Shown here in pieces: positions 47,521 to 54,899 of a stretch of 64,000 nucleotides of DNA; within the stretch, counting starts at the first letter, position 1; every line of letters starts with the position of its first letter. The notes beneath the pieces were generated by a model that was not told the DNA's origin, made no database searches, and saw only the letters and a program-made list of their open reading frames with translations. Position numbers and translations under genes: made by a program. The DNA comes from a virus, in IMG/VR virus record IMGVR_UViG_3300034072_001093, positions 11,062-75,061 of that record; one strand, written 5' to 3'.

Positions 47521-47681
47521 GTGAGATGCCCCTTGTCGGTTGTTTTCTTGATCAGACCCCAAAGAGTGTATTCTTCGTCCTCAGTGAGATCCCAATTTTC
47601 AGCCCCCATTTCCCTCTGCACCTCATCAGTGTGGATGAGGCGGATGAGTGCTTTGACTTCTTCTTTGGTCAGTTCGATCAC
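47517..47681 (-). CDS. Hypothetical protein
   Basis: GTG overlaps the RNAP1 stop. AAGGAG RBS. Confidence 0.5.
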   Translation of the reverse strand: MIELTKEEVKALIRLIHTDEVQREMGAENWDLTEDEEYTLWGLIKKTTDKGHLT

Positions 47682-48559
47682 ACAAGATGCTCCTTGTCGG
47701 CAAGCTGGACGACTGCCTTGTTCCACTCGGTCCCCTGGTAGTTGACATGGTAGCCCATGCAGTAGGTCCGGCCCCGCTTGTCGTAGCGGTGGGTGACGTG
47801 GTGGACGTTGGCGATCGAGGTCAGCTGGGCCATGACGTCCCGAGCTGCCTGGTCGTATTTCTGGAAGGCACGCTGGCGTTTCTCGAAGTCCTTCTTCGTC
47901 TCGCCCTCCTTCTGCCGATCGAGGTCTGACCAGCTGTTCTGAACCATCTCCGCGGTCTCCATTTTGATGGCGAAGCGGATGGCGTTCATGCGGTTGATGT
48001 GGTCGAGGCAGAGGTCATCCTCTCCCGGATTCTGGTTCAGCATGACCGAGCCAGAACTCATGAAATAGCCGGTCTCGTTGTTCCGCAAGACAGGCCTGGG
48101 AGGCACGACCATAGGCAGAGGGAACTGGTAGCGGTTGAGCTCCTCCTGAACGTCATCGCTGACCTCGAAGATCACGATGAACTGCCCCAGATTGGGGTTA
48201 TAGTCGAACAGGTCGACGGCCACACAAAGCATGAGCATGTCAGCCGTGGCCTGGGCATCGTTGAGGTGCCGGTACATGACGCCGACCATGGTCTTGACGT
48301 CAGCGCGCTTGTGGAGAGCGATTTGGACCATGGCATCGAAGCCGAAGGTCACAGGGATGCCGGCCTCTTCCATCACCCGCACGAAGGGGATGTCGGACTC
48401 GATGAACTCCTTCTTGATCCTGGGGATCAGCTGGTTCTTGTTGAAGAGGATCTCGAGCTGCACCTGGAGAGCATGCAGCTGCTTATCAGTCGTACCGTTT
48501 CCGATAGACGTAGGGTTGCCATCGTTGATGGGGTCGTTGGAAGCGAGAGCGTTGGTCAT
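47678..48559 (-). CDS. RNA polymerase II subunit 1 (N4 gp15-like)
   Basis: QFPLPMVVPP and HRYDKRGRTYCMGYHVNYQG. Confidence 0.93.
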   Translation of the reverse strand: MTNALASNDPINDGNPTSIGNGTTDKQLHALQVQLEILFNKNQLIPRIKKEFIESDIPFVRVMEEAGIPVTFGFDAMVQIALHKRADVKTMVGVMYRHLNDAQATADMLMLCVAVDLFDYNPNLGQFIVIFEVSDDVQEELNRYQFPLPMVVPPRPVLRNNETGYFMSSGSVMLNQNPGEDDLCLDHINRMNAIRFAIKMETAEMVQNSWSDLDRQKEGETKKDFEKRQRAFQKYDQAARDVMAQLTSIANVHHVTHRYDKRGRTYCMGYHVNYQGTEWNKAVVQLADKEHLV

Positions 48560-48764
48560 GGTCTGGGTCTTCCTTGGTTCCGGTCATCATCCGGTAGGTG
48601 TTGAGCATGTCGTTGATGCGATTGTGGGCATTCTCATGGCCGATACGCTGGACGATTTCCTCGTAGAGCCTGGCAGTGAGCTCGAGATTCTCAGCTGTGA
48701 ATGCGGGAGAGTGGATCTCCATGACGTATTCGCCGATGAGATCTTCGATCGGCTTTTTGGACAT
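48486..48764 (-). CDS. Hypothetical protein
   Basis: AAAGGA RBS. The 3' end overlaps the RNAP1 start. Confidence 0.45.
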   Translation of the reverse strand: MSKKPIEDLIGEYVMEIHSPAFTAENLELTARLYEEIVQRIGHENAHNRINDMLNTYRMMTGTKEDPDHDQRSRFQRPHQRWQPYVYRKRYD

Positions 48765-48889
48765 AGGGGTTCCTTTGTGGGAGAGCCAAAAAACAAAAAC
48801 CAACCCTGACGAACGAGACAGCCAATGGCGGCAGCCTCGCCCGTCAGGGCGATCACGCGAGAAACCTTTCCTCTGGAAAGGTTTCGAGA

Positions 48890-49324
48890 TCAGCAGATCT
48901 GGGCTTCCCAGCGATCGGCCAGGTCCTTGTTGACCTGGGCCTTGGCTTTGCTCTCGGGTGTGCCATTGGCTTCGTGCTGGGACTGGTAGAAGCGGAACTT
49001 CTCAGCAGTTTCCATGGCGAATGCGAGAGGCACGAGGATGAAGCCAACAGGCGGTTCCTGGTCGGCTATCTTGACCTCTTCGCGTAGCTCGGCACGATCG
49101 CTTGCCCATTTTTTATAGCTTTGCTTCGGGCCTGGGTCGAACATCTCGTTGATCTCGTTGGTGCTGAGCTTCATGCGGTTCCCGAAGTCGGTCTCCACGA
49201 GGTAGAGCTTCTGGTTGTCCTTGGCCAGGTGAGCCTTCATGCTCACGGAGCTGGGCTGGATCTCCTTGATGACGATAGCGTTGCCGGTCCGGCGACCGTC
49301 CTTGGTGAAGAGAATGCGGCTCAT
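48890..49324 (-). CDS. Hypothetical protein
   Basis: LFTKDGRRTGNAIV..ETDFGN. Coupled start. Confidence 0.65.
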   Translation of the reverse strand: MSRILFTKDGRRTGNAIVIKEIQPSSVSMKAHLAKDNQKLYLVETDFGNRMKLSTNEINEMFDPGPKQSYKKWASDRAELREEVKIADQEPPVGFILVPLAFAMETAEKFRFYQSQHEANGTPESKAKAQVNKDLADRWEAQIC

Positions 49325-49575
49325 GCTGTTGCTCCCCATTTGAAGCGCTTCACGATGTCGGAGAAGCCCTCGACCGACGGTGCGATGGTCCCCTGGTGAT
49401 CCGCTGCAGTGTAGCGAATGCCCTTGGGTGCCTTGGAGTGGCCGGTCTGGTTGACCGAGGCCCGGATGGTCTGGACGACATCCTTGCCCTTGGCACCAGG
49501 GCGTAGGGGACCATCCCAGGTGGTGAGTTCGAGGACGATTTCATCGCCCTCTTTGCGGAGGAATTTGATGCTCAT
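49321..49575 (-). CDS. Hypothetical protein
   Basis: 84 aa with ATGA overlaps at both ends. Confidence 0.6.
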   Translation of the reverse strand: MSIKFLRKEGDEIVLELTTWDGPLRPGAKGKDVVQTIRASVNQTGHSKAPKGIRYTAADHQGTIAPSVEGFSDIVKRFKWGATA

Positions 49576-50126
49576 GCTGCCTGCCTTTCGATGGTGTCGG
49601 GCTGCTTGTCGGTCGTCAGGATGAAATCGCTGAGAGCGAGGATGTCCTCAGGGATACCCACGTCGAAGACAGGGATGCCCCAGAGGCTGGCGATGTTGAG
49701 AGCGTGTTTGGTTCCACCCGTGTAATAGGCACGGGGCAGCCAGGTGATCACGCATTTCACCGGGTCATCGAGGTTCTCGCCCAGAATGATGGGCACGTTC
49801 CTGCAGAGGAGCATCTTGGCTCCATCGGAGCATCTGTCCCAGGCAGGATGGGCCTGTTGTGCGATCTCGATCTGGCGTGGTGTGACCGGCAGCTTGGCGA
49901 AGCATCGACCATCGCTGGAGGCTCCGTTGTAGCGTTCCCAGGGCAGGAAGATCTGTTTCTGGTCCTTGGCTCCGATCTCGAAGGCCTGGTCTGCTCCGAC
50001 AGCTCGGCCCGATCGGAGCATCCAGCCTCGCTTGTAGAGCTCGTCGGCGATGGCAGTCATGGTGGCCTGAGCATAATCAGGCGTGCTCCGCGGGCCGATG
50101 CCCGCGTAGGTCAATTGTCTGGTCAT
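49572..50126 (-). CDS. SLOG/DprA-like nucleotide-binding protein
   Basis: YAGIG.R.TP, LRSG.A.GADQAFE.G, RN..ILG and GGT..A..IA...IPVF. Confidence 0.75.
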   Translation of the reverse strand: MTRQLTYAGIGPRSTPDYAQATMTAIADELYKRGWMLRSGRAVGADQAFEIGAKDQKQIFLPWERYNGASSDGRCFAKLPVTPRQIEIAQQAHPAWDRCSDGAKMLLCRNVPIILGENLDDPVKCVITWLPRAYYTGGTKHALNIASLWGIPVFDVGIPEDILALSDFILTTDKQPDTIERQAA

Positions 50127-50196
50127 GTGGGTCTCTGGGTTTTTGGTAGGAGGAAAACAGAGCGAGCAACCAGGTTTGGTCCCCTGGTTACCCGCT

Positions 50197-50217
50197 CAAA
50201 CGAAGCGAAGCGACGTT
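50197..50217 (-). promoter_or_regulatory. vRNAP-type hairpin early promoter
   Basis: Template (+) strand C-AAAC-GAAGC-GAA-GC-GACGTT has the N4 early promoter geometry. Confidence 0.65.
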
Positions 50218-50599
50218 AGCTGGTTGGGCAGACAACAGCGAAGAGAGCTTCGCCTGCGCTATCCGGAATTACGGGCTCCCATCCGGTATTGAGAGGTCCT
50301 GATTTTCTGTTCCCATCTGCTGATGTGAGGACCATGAAGGAGCTCTTAGTCATGCGCCTAGAGCAGTCCACCTCTTCAAACACCAGCTTCTCTTCACGAG
50401 TCCTGGAGTTTGTCATTTTCAGCCAGTAGGTCGGCAGAGATTTGGTGGCCATTGCCTTTCGGATGTCCGAAGCCTTCAAGAAGAAGGTGTTTCCCTCGCG
50501 AGAAACTATCACCTCCACCCACCGGTCATCAGTTTGTGCCAATGCTGGGACGGAGGATAATGCCCCCAATATGGAGGCAATGAGCACAAGCTTCTTCAT
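50216..50599 (-). CDS. Secreted/periplasmic protein
   Basis: Sec signal MKKLVLIASILGALSSVPALA, then DC...WEPVIPDS.G...VC with two Cys. Confidence 0.7.
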   Translation of the reverse strand: MKKLVLIASILGALSSVPALAQTDDRWVEVIVSREGNTFFLKASDIRKAMATKSLPTYWLKMTNSRTREEKLVFEEVDCSRRMTKSSFMVLTSADGNRKSGPLNTGWEPVIPDSAGEALFAVVCPTS

Positions 50600-50617
50600 G
50601 GTGTTGGTCTTCCTGGT

Positions 50618-50944
50618 TCAGGTGTCTTCGCGGTATCCGCGATTCATCCAAGGTTGGGGCTGAATTTGCCGAAGCCAATCAGCTACGTCAGGAATACGAT
50701 TGTGGCAATCCTGTCTGACGTGCATCTCGGCGACGAGTCTGGTCGGTGCTCCATTGGGGAGCACGATGCCGAACTTACGCTCGGCCTCGTATATCCCATG
50801 TGAGTGGTGCCTGAGTGCCCGGTGACGAAAGTCACCGAACAGCTCTTTGGTGGCATCAAACCAGCTGTGCAGCTCGAAATAGTCTTCGGGCTTGCCGCCG
50901 AACCTGCGAGCAGAGGATTCAGCATGGTAGAGCATGTGGCTCAT
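50618..50944 (-). CDS. Conserved His-rich hypothetical protein
   Basis: HAESSARRFGGKPEDY, HRALRHH and E.HV..D. Confidence 0.7.
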   Translation of the reverse strand: MSHMLYHAESSARRFGGKPEDYFELHSWFDATKELFGDFRHRALRHHSHGIYEAERKFGIVLPNGAPTRLVAEMHVRQDCHNRIPDVADWLRQIQPQPWMNRGYREDT

Positions 50945-50946
50945 GA

Positions 50947-51372
50947 TCAGGCGACTCCCTCTTCGGTGTGGGCGTTCTCGCTCATTGTGGTGTTGACGTC
51001 GATCGAGCACTCGAAGGTGTATGGTACGGTCGAGACGTTGAACTCCATGTGCCCCTGGCCGCCGTCGTTGTTATACCAGTCGACGCCGGTGCCAGAGAGG
51101 TAGTCATAGGCGAAATCCTCGATCTCCTGGAGCAAGGGATCGGCTTTGATCTGAGCGTAGAAATTACAGTCTTCGTCGACATCAATGTTGTCGATCGATC
51201 CGCTATCGCCACCGCCACTGAAGGCGATGTAAACGGTTTTCCAGCCCCTCTCAGCTATCTTGTTAGCAAGTTCTCGGCGTTTGGCATTGGCCTTGAGCTT
51301 GGTGAGCTTCCGCTCGTTTTCCATGTTGAGGAGGATTTCAGCGACGTTGGTCGAGGGAGCATTCATGGTCAT
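50947..51372 (-). CDS. Conserved hypothetical protein
   Basis: FSGGGDSG and WYNNDGGQG motifs. Adjacent to the His-rich gene. Confidence 0.7.
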   Translation of the reverse strand: MTMNAPSTNVAEILLNMENERKLTKLKANAKRRELANKIAERGWKTVYIAFSGGGDSGSIDNIDVDEDCNFYAQIKADPLLQEIEDFAYDYLSGTGVDWYNNDGGQGHMEFNVSTVPYTFECSIDVNTTMSENAHTEEGVA

Positions 51373-51405
51373 TTCCTTGGTTCTGGGTTTTGGAAGTTGG
51401 TCGGC

Positions 51406-51567
51406 TCAGTCCTTGTAGCCCCGATATCGTGTGGGATAGCGGTAGACCATCCCGGCGATGAGGAAGGAGCCGTTATCGAGCTTCTTGAACATGCGGAACA
51501 CTAGGCGAGTGCCACGACGCTTGGGCAGGAAACGGGTCAGGGTAATCTTGGGAATGATGATCTGCAT
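51406..51567 (-). CDS. Small basic hypothetical protein (53 aa)
   Basis: MQIIIPKITLTRFLPKRR..., read by hand. Preceded by the AACCCAGA leader. Confidence 0.45.
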   Translation of the reverse strand: MQIIIPKITLTRFLPKRRGTRLVFRMFKKLDNGSFLIAGMVYRYPTRYRGYKD

Positions 51568-51588
51568 TGGTCTGGGTTCTTTCTGGGT

Positions 51589-51765
51589 TTAGATGCTGGT
51601 CAGCATCCAGTGGACTTGCTCCGCCTCGACGAGAGCTTTGATGGTGGCCTTGCGGCCGAACCGTCGGTTCATCTGGGCGACGTACCGATCGGATTTGTCG
51701 TTCTTGTGCCGGAGCACATGCTTGATCGCGAGCTCTTCAATTGTCGGTGGTGGCTTACGCGGCAT
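51589..51765 (-). CDS. Small hypothetical protein (58 aa)
   Basis: MPRKPPPTIEELAIKH..., read by hand. Overlaps the end of the upstream gene. Confidence 0.5.
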   Translation of the reverse strand: MPRKPPPTIEELAIKHVLRHKNDKSDRYVAQMNRRFGRKATIKALVEAEQVHWMLTSI

Positions 51766-52171
51766 CAGCTCTGGCCTCGATCGTTTTGTTGAGGGCCTTC
51801 AGCCCTTCGAGGTAGAGGCTGATCTCACGATGGATAGCCGGTGCCTTGTTCGGCAGATCGGCCAGTCCAGTGCCTACGCCATCCTCGGGCCAGACGACTG
51901 TCTTGCCGGCGATCAGGCAGAGCGTGAGGTAATTGAAGATCTCCAGGTAATGGAGCCTGAAGCGCTTGAGGTCGGCATCGTTCATGAACGATTCCGGATC
52001 GTTGTTCGGTGCTCGCTTGGTGATGATGCCGACGGCATTGGGCTCACCGCGGCACTCTTTTGCCTGGCCACGGAGGCCGAAGCGAAGGGCATTGTCGCCG
52101 AAGATATAGACGGATTCCGGGTTGTTCCGGAGGTCTTCACGGGTGATCCATTTCTGGAAGATGAGAGGCAT
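51755..52171 (-). CDS. Conserved phage protein (FGDN/GQA motif)
   Basis: YIFGDN..R.G..GQA..RGEPNAVGI.TK and GVGTGLA.L. Confidence 0.7.
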   Translation of the reverse strand: MPLIFQKWITREDLRNNPESVYIFGDNALRFGLRGQAKECRGEPNAVGIITKRAPNNDPESFMNDADLKRFRLHYLEIFNYLTLCLIAGKTVVWPEDGVGTGLADLPNKAPAIHREISLYLEGLKALNKTIEARADAA

Positions 52172-52181
52172 GTGTGCTCCT

Positions 52182-52349
52182 TCAGAACATGTAGCTCAGC
52201 ATGTCGAGCAGCTGAGCAACGGTGAGTTTTTCGAAGCGGTGTTCCCGCTCTTCGGGATCGGGTGTTTCTGCTGCGATCTGGTCTTTCACCATGTCGAGCA
52301 GGTGCCGGAGAGTGCTGGCAGTGTTGGCTGCCACGTCTTCACGCTGCAT
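52182..52349 (-). CDS. Small hypothetical protein (55 aa)
   Basis: MQREDVAANTASTLRHLL..., AAAGGA RBS. Confidence 0.5.
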   Translation of the reverse strand: MQREDVAANTASTLRHLLDMVKDQIAAETPDPEEREHRFEKLTVAQLLDMLSYMF

Positions 52350-52353
52350 GTGA

Positions 52354-52497
52354 TCAGTTCCTTTGGTCGGTGTCGTTCATGGCTTTGGCCACGATCTGGT
52401 CAGCTCGGCGCATGAAGAACCCAGCAAACCAATTGTTCATGACGATGAGGCGGCTGAGCTCATTCTGAGCCTGCTCAGGAAGAGGTTTCTGGTTCAT
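52354..52497 (-). CDS. Small hypothetical protein (47 aa)
   Basis: MNQKPLPEQAQNELSRL..., AGGA RBS. Confidence 0.45.
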   Translation of the reverse strand: MNQKPLPEQAQNELSRLIVMNNWFAGFFMRRADQIVAKAMNDTDQRN

Positions 52498-52594
52498 CTC
52501 TGGGTCCTGTTAGGTTTCAGGTTGCTTTCGTCGAAAAGCCCCTGAAAGTTGGAATCTAGGATTTAGGTGTTGGACTATCTCGGCCAGCCACCAA

Positions 52595-52624
52595 GGGGAC
52601 CCCATGCTTGCGCATGAGGCCCCC
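52595..52624 (-). terminator. Hairpin after the gp2-like gene
   Basis: GGGG..CATGC-TTGC-GCATG..CCCC. Confidence 0.5.
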
Positions 52625-52638
52625 GATGGAGGCGAGAA

Positions 52639-53055
52639 TTAAGCAGCGAAGCTGATCGGCGGAGCGAAGGATTCCCCTTCGTCGGCGACGAACTCTTCAC
52701 GCTCAGCGTGGTGACGCAGACGGATGTCGAGACCACCATCACCGTTCGAGATGATCACGGTTTCGCCGGGCTCGAGACGTTCGGCACGAGCGAGCAGCGT
52801 GTCACGCAGCACGTTCATGCGCTTACGCAGAGCAGCGAACTCGCGGTTGTTCACCTTGGTGTCGGCGTCGGCCATGGTGTCGAGCGGGATGCCGTTGAGC
52901 AGCGAAACGAAAGGATATTTCTCGTCGTTCTGCTGATAGCCGACGTCCAGCCAGAACTTGGTCTTGGGCTTGTCGGTCTTGGCTGGTTCGCCATTGGCAG
53001 CAGCCATGTTGGTCGCGAGAGTGCCGAAGCGATCCTGAAAGGTCTTGATAGCCAT
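52639..53055 (-). CDS. N4 gp2-like ssDNA-binding RNAP II coactivator
   Basis: MAIKTF, K.KFWLDVGY, FVSL..GIPLDT and LEPGE match N4 gp2 motifs. Confidence 0.85.
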   Translation of the reverse strand: MAIKTFQDRFGTLATNMAAANGEPAKTDKPKTKFWLDVGYQQNDEKYPFVSLLNGIPLDTMADADTKVNNREFAALRKRMNVLRDTLLARAERLEPGETVIISNGDGGLDIRLRHHAEREEFVADEGESFAPPISFAA

Positions 53056-53114
53056 GATGTTCGTTCCTTGGTTCTAGGAGGTTGGGTTGTGGTGTGTGCC
53101 ATGGACGACACCAC

Positions 53115-53135
53115 CAAACGGAGCGAAGCGACCCG
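53115..53135 (-). promoter_or_regulatory. vRNAP-type hairpin early promoter upstream of gp2-like
   Basis: C-AAAC-GGAGC-GAA-GC-GACCCG on the template strand. Confidence 0.7.
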
Positions 53136-53173
53136 CTGATGGTGACGTCATGGAGTTGAGGTTGGAGAGGATC

Positions 53174-53524
53174 TCAGCCGACGTAGAAGCGCCAGCGTTC
53201 CACGAGATCCTTGGCTTCGGTGAGACCGCATCCGAGGATGCTCCGGACCATTCTGATGGCGGTGATTTTCTTGGTCTTGGCGGCTTCACGGATGAGCTCG
53301 AAGCCGACGGTGCCGAAGGTGTTTTCGAGCGTCTGGTTGGCAGCAGCTGCATCGAAGCGAGGCGTGCTGTCTGCGCCCGCAAAGGTCACGATTGCGTTCT
53401 TTTCAGGGCGAAGATTTCTGTCGAGAAAGTCTTGGATGTTGTCCGCAAAGAGCTCAAGATCTTCGTCAAACTCGGTGTTGACCACGACCTTAAGGGTGAT
53501 GGTGGTGCGGTTGGGATATTCCAT
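53174..53524 (-). CDS. Protein with ribosomal bL12 (L7/L12) C-terminal-like domain
   Basis: KKITAIRMVRSILGCGLTEAKDLVE matches the bL12 CTD motif (KI..IK.VR..TGLGLKEAKDLVE). Confidence 0.7.
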   Translation of the reverse strand: MEYPNRTTITLKVVVNTEFDEDLELFADNIQDFLDRNLRPEKNAIVTFAGADSTPRFDAAAANQTLENTFGTVGFELIREAAKTKKITAIRMVRSILGCGLTEAKDLVERWRFYVG

Positions 53525-53559
53525 TGATCTGTTCCTTCTGGGTTTGATTGGAGAAGTGC

Positions 53560-53793
53560 TCAGTGCATCAGGAGCACGGCATCACCCGCCAGCTGGCGAG
53601 CGATGTCGGTCATGGGAAAGCCCTGAGATTTGAGGATCTCGATCTCGAAGTCCTCGATGCCTTCGGCGATGAGGAGCTCTTCGATCTCGTTGTCCGAGAG
53701 CGCTTCAATGTCGTCATCGACAGTGCGATCGACGGTGGATGAGAAGGCTTCGAGGTCAGAGATGGTGAGCATGTCAGGCAGGTGGAAAGCCAT
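53560..53793 (-). CDS. Acidic early hypothetical protein
   Basis: 77 aa, very D/E-rich. AAGGA RBS. Confidence 0.6.
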   Translation of the reverse strand: MAFHLPDMLTISDLEAFSSTVDRTVDDDIEALSDNEIEELLIAEGIEDFEIEILKSQGFPMTDIARQLAGDAVLLMH

Positions 53794-53796
53794 GGG

Positions 53797-54006
53797 TCAG
53801 TCCTTGTTCCGGAGAGCGTCCAGCATCCTTGGTTCCCCGTGGAGGATCCAAAGAAGCAGCAGGACGCCAGCGATGATGAGAAGGCCGCAATAGGCAGGTC
53901 CGGACTGGTTGTTGGCCAGTCCGAGGAGCACGAGGAATGCTCCCATGCCGAGCGGGATGAGTGCTGCGATCAGCGATGTGATGAGCTTCACTGGCTCAGG
54001 ACGCAC
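53797..54006 (-). CDS. Small early membrane protein (2 TM)
   Basis: Two hydrophobic helices. Confidence 0.55.
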   Translation of the reverse strand: MRPEPVKLITSLIAALIPLGMGAFLVLLGLANNQSGPAYCGLLIIAGVLLLLWILHGEPRMLDALRNKD

Positions 54007-54290
54007 TCGTAGGAGGTCTCAGCAGAGCGCTGTTCCAGATGGCTGGAGAGAGCTTTGCAGTCATCGGCCGTGAGGTTGTAATCGACAACCTTGGACGGAC
54101 CCTTGCCCCAGTCGTCATGCTCGACGAGCTCGTAATACGAGCCGGTCAGGTGATCACGGATGATGTAGGCACCAGCGAGCACGTTGATGCTGAGCATCAC
54201 GGACATGATGATGAAGGGGAGGAGCTTGGGCTTGGATTGATGACGCGCAAAGGCGTCAGCTGCCCGTGGGGCAGAGTATAGCGGTTTCAT
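53988..54290 (-). CDS. Early membrane-anchored protein
   Basis: One TM segment followed by DYNLTADDC...YEC. Confidence 0.6.
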   Translation of the reverse strand: MKPLYSAPRAADAFARHQSKPKLLPFIIMSVMLSINVLAGAYIIRDHLTGSYYELVEHDDWGKGPSKVVDYNLTADDCKALSSHLEQRSAETSYECVLSQ

Positions 54291-54424
54291 CTGGGTTTTC
54301 CCTTAATTTGGTCGAGGGACTGCCTTGAAGGCAGAGCTTGGGTAGAGACAGATTCCCAACATGGCAAGCATGATGGGATGAGGCGAGGACGGCCAACAAG
54401 TTGGACTATCCTAAGGGTGAGATG

Positions 54425-54448
54425 CCCTAGAGCCCGAAGGCCCTAGGG
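54425..54448 (-). terminator. Hairpin after the first early gene
   Basis: CCCTAG-AGCCCGAAGGCC-CTAGGG. Confidence 0.5.
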
Positions 54449-54485
54449 TTTAGGTGATGTTTAGGGTTGAGGTGGTGGTGAGCTG

Positions 54486-54830
54486 TTAGCTCGGGAAAGC
54501 CTTAGCGAACTTCGCAGCGAAGTCGTCGTGTGCTTCCTGATATAGACGAGCATGATCTTCGGACTGCCTGCAGAACTCCTTGACACGGAGATTGGCATGA
54601 GCCTGCTCTTCTGCGTAGGAGCGGATGAGATCCTGATCGAAGGTCTGAGCAGCGAGGAAGTGGGACTTCTTCTGCTCGGTTGCTGCCTTGGTGACAGTTG
54701 CACTGAGCATGCCGATACCATCAGTGGTGACGTCGATGAGTGCACCGGCTGAGTTGAAGCCTTTCGAGATGGTATTGAGCATGGACTTGAGTGCGCCTGC
54801 CTTGGTGGCAACAGTGGTGGTGGTAGCCAT
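54486..54830 (-). CDS. First early gene (N4 gp1-like position)
   Basis: 114-aa helical protein with an AGGAGA RBS, directly downstream of a hairpin promoter. Confidence 0.65.
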   Translation of the reverse strand: MATTTTVATKAGALKSMLNTISKGFNSAGALIDVTTDGIGMLSATVTKAATEQKKSHFLAAQTFDQDLIRSYAEEQAHANLRVKEFCRQSEDHARLYQEAHDDFAAKFAKAFPS

Positions 54831-54866
54831 GGGTATTCTCCTGATGATGAGCGATGATGAGCACGC

Positions 54867-54882
54867 CAGACGAAGCGAAGCG
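54867..54882 (-). promoter_or_regulatory. vRNAP-type hairpin early promoter
   Basis: C-AGAC-GAAGC-GAA-GCG. Confidence 0.65.
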
Positions 54883-54899
54883 CCCAGTGTTACTGGTGC

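Noticed and set aside
53055-53080. Alphaproteobacterial LexA box (GTTC-N7-GTTC)
   Set aside because: The spacing here is 8 nt, and no canonical box was noticed near int.
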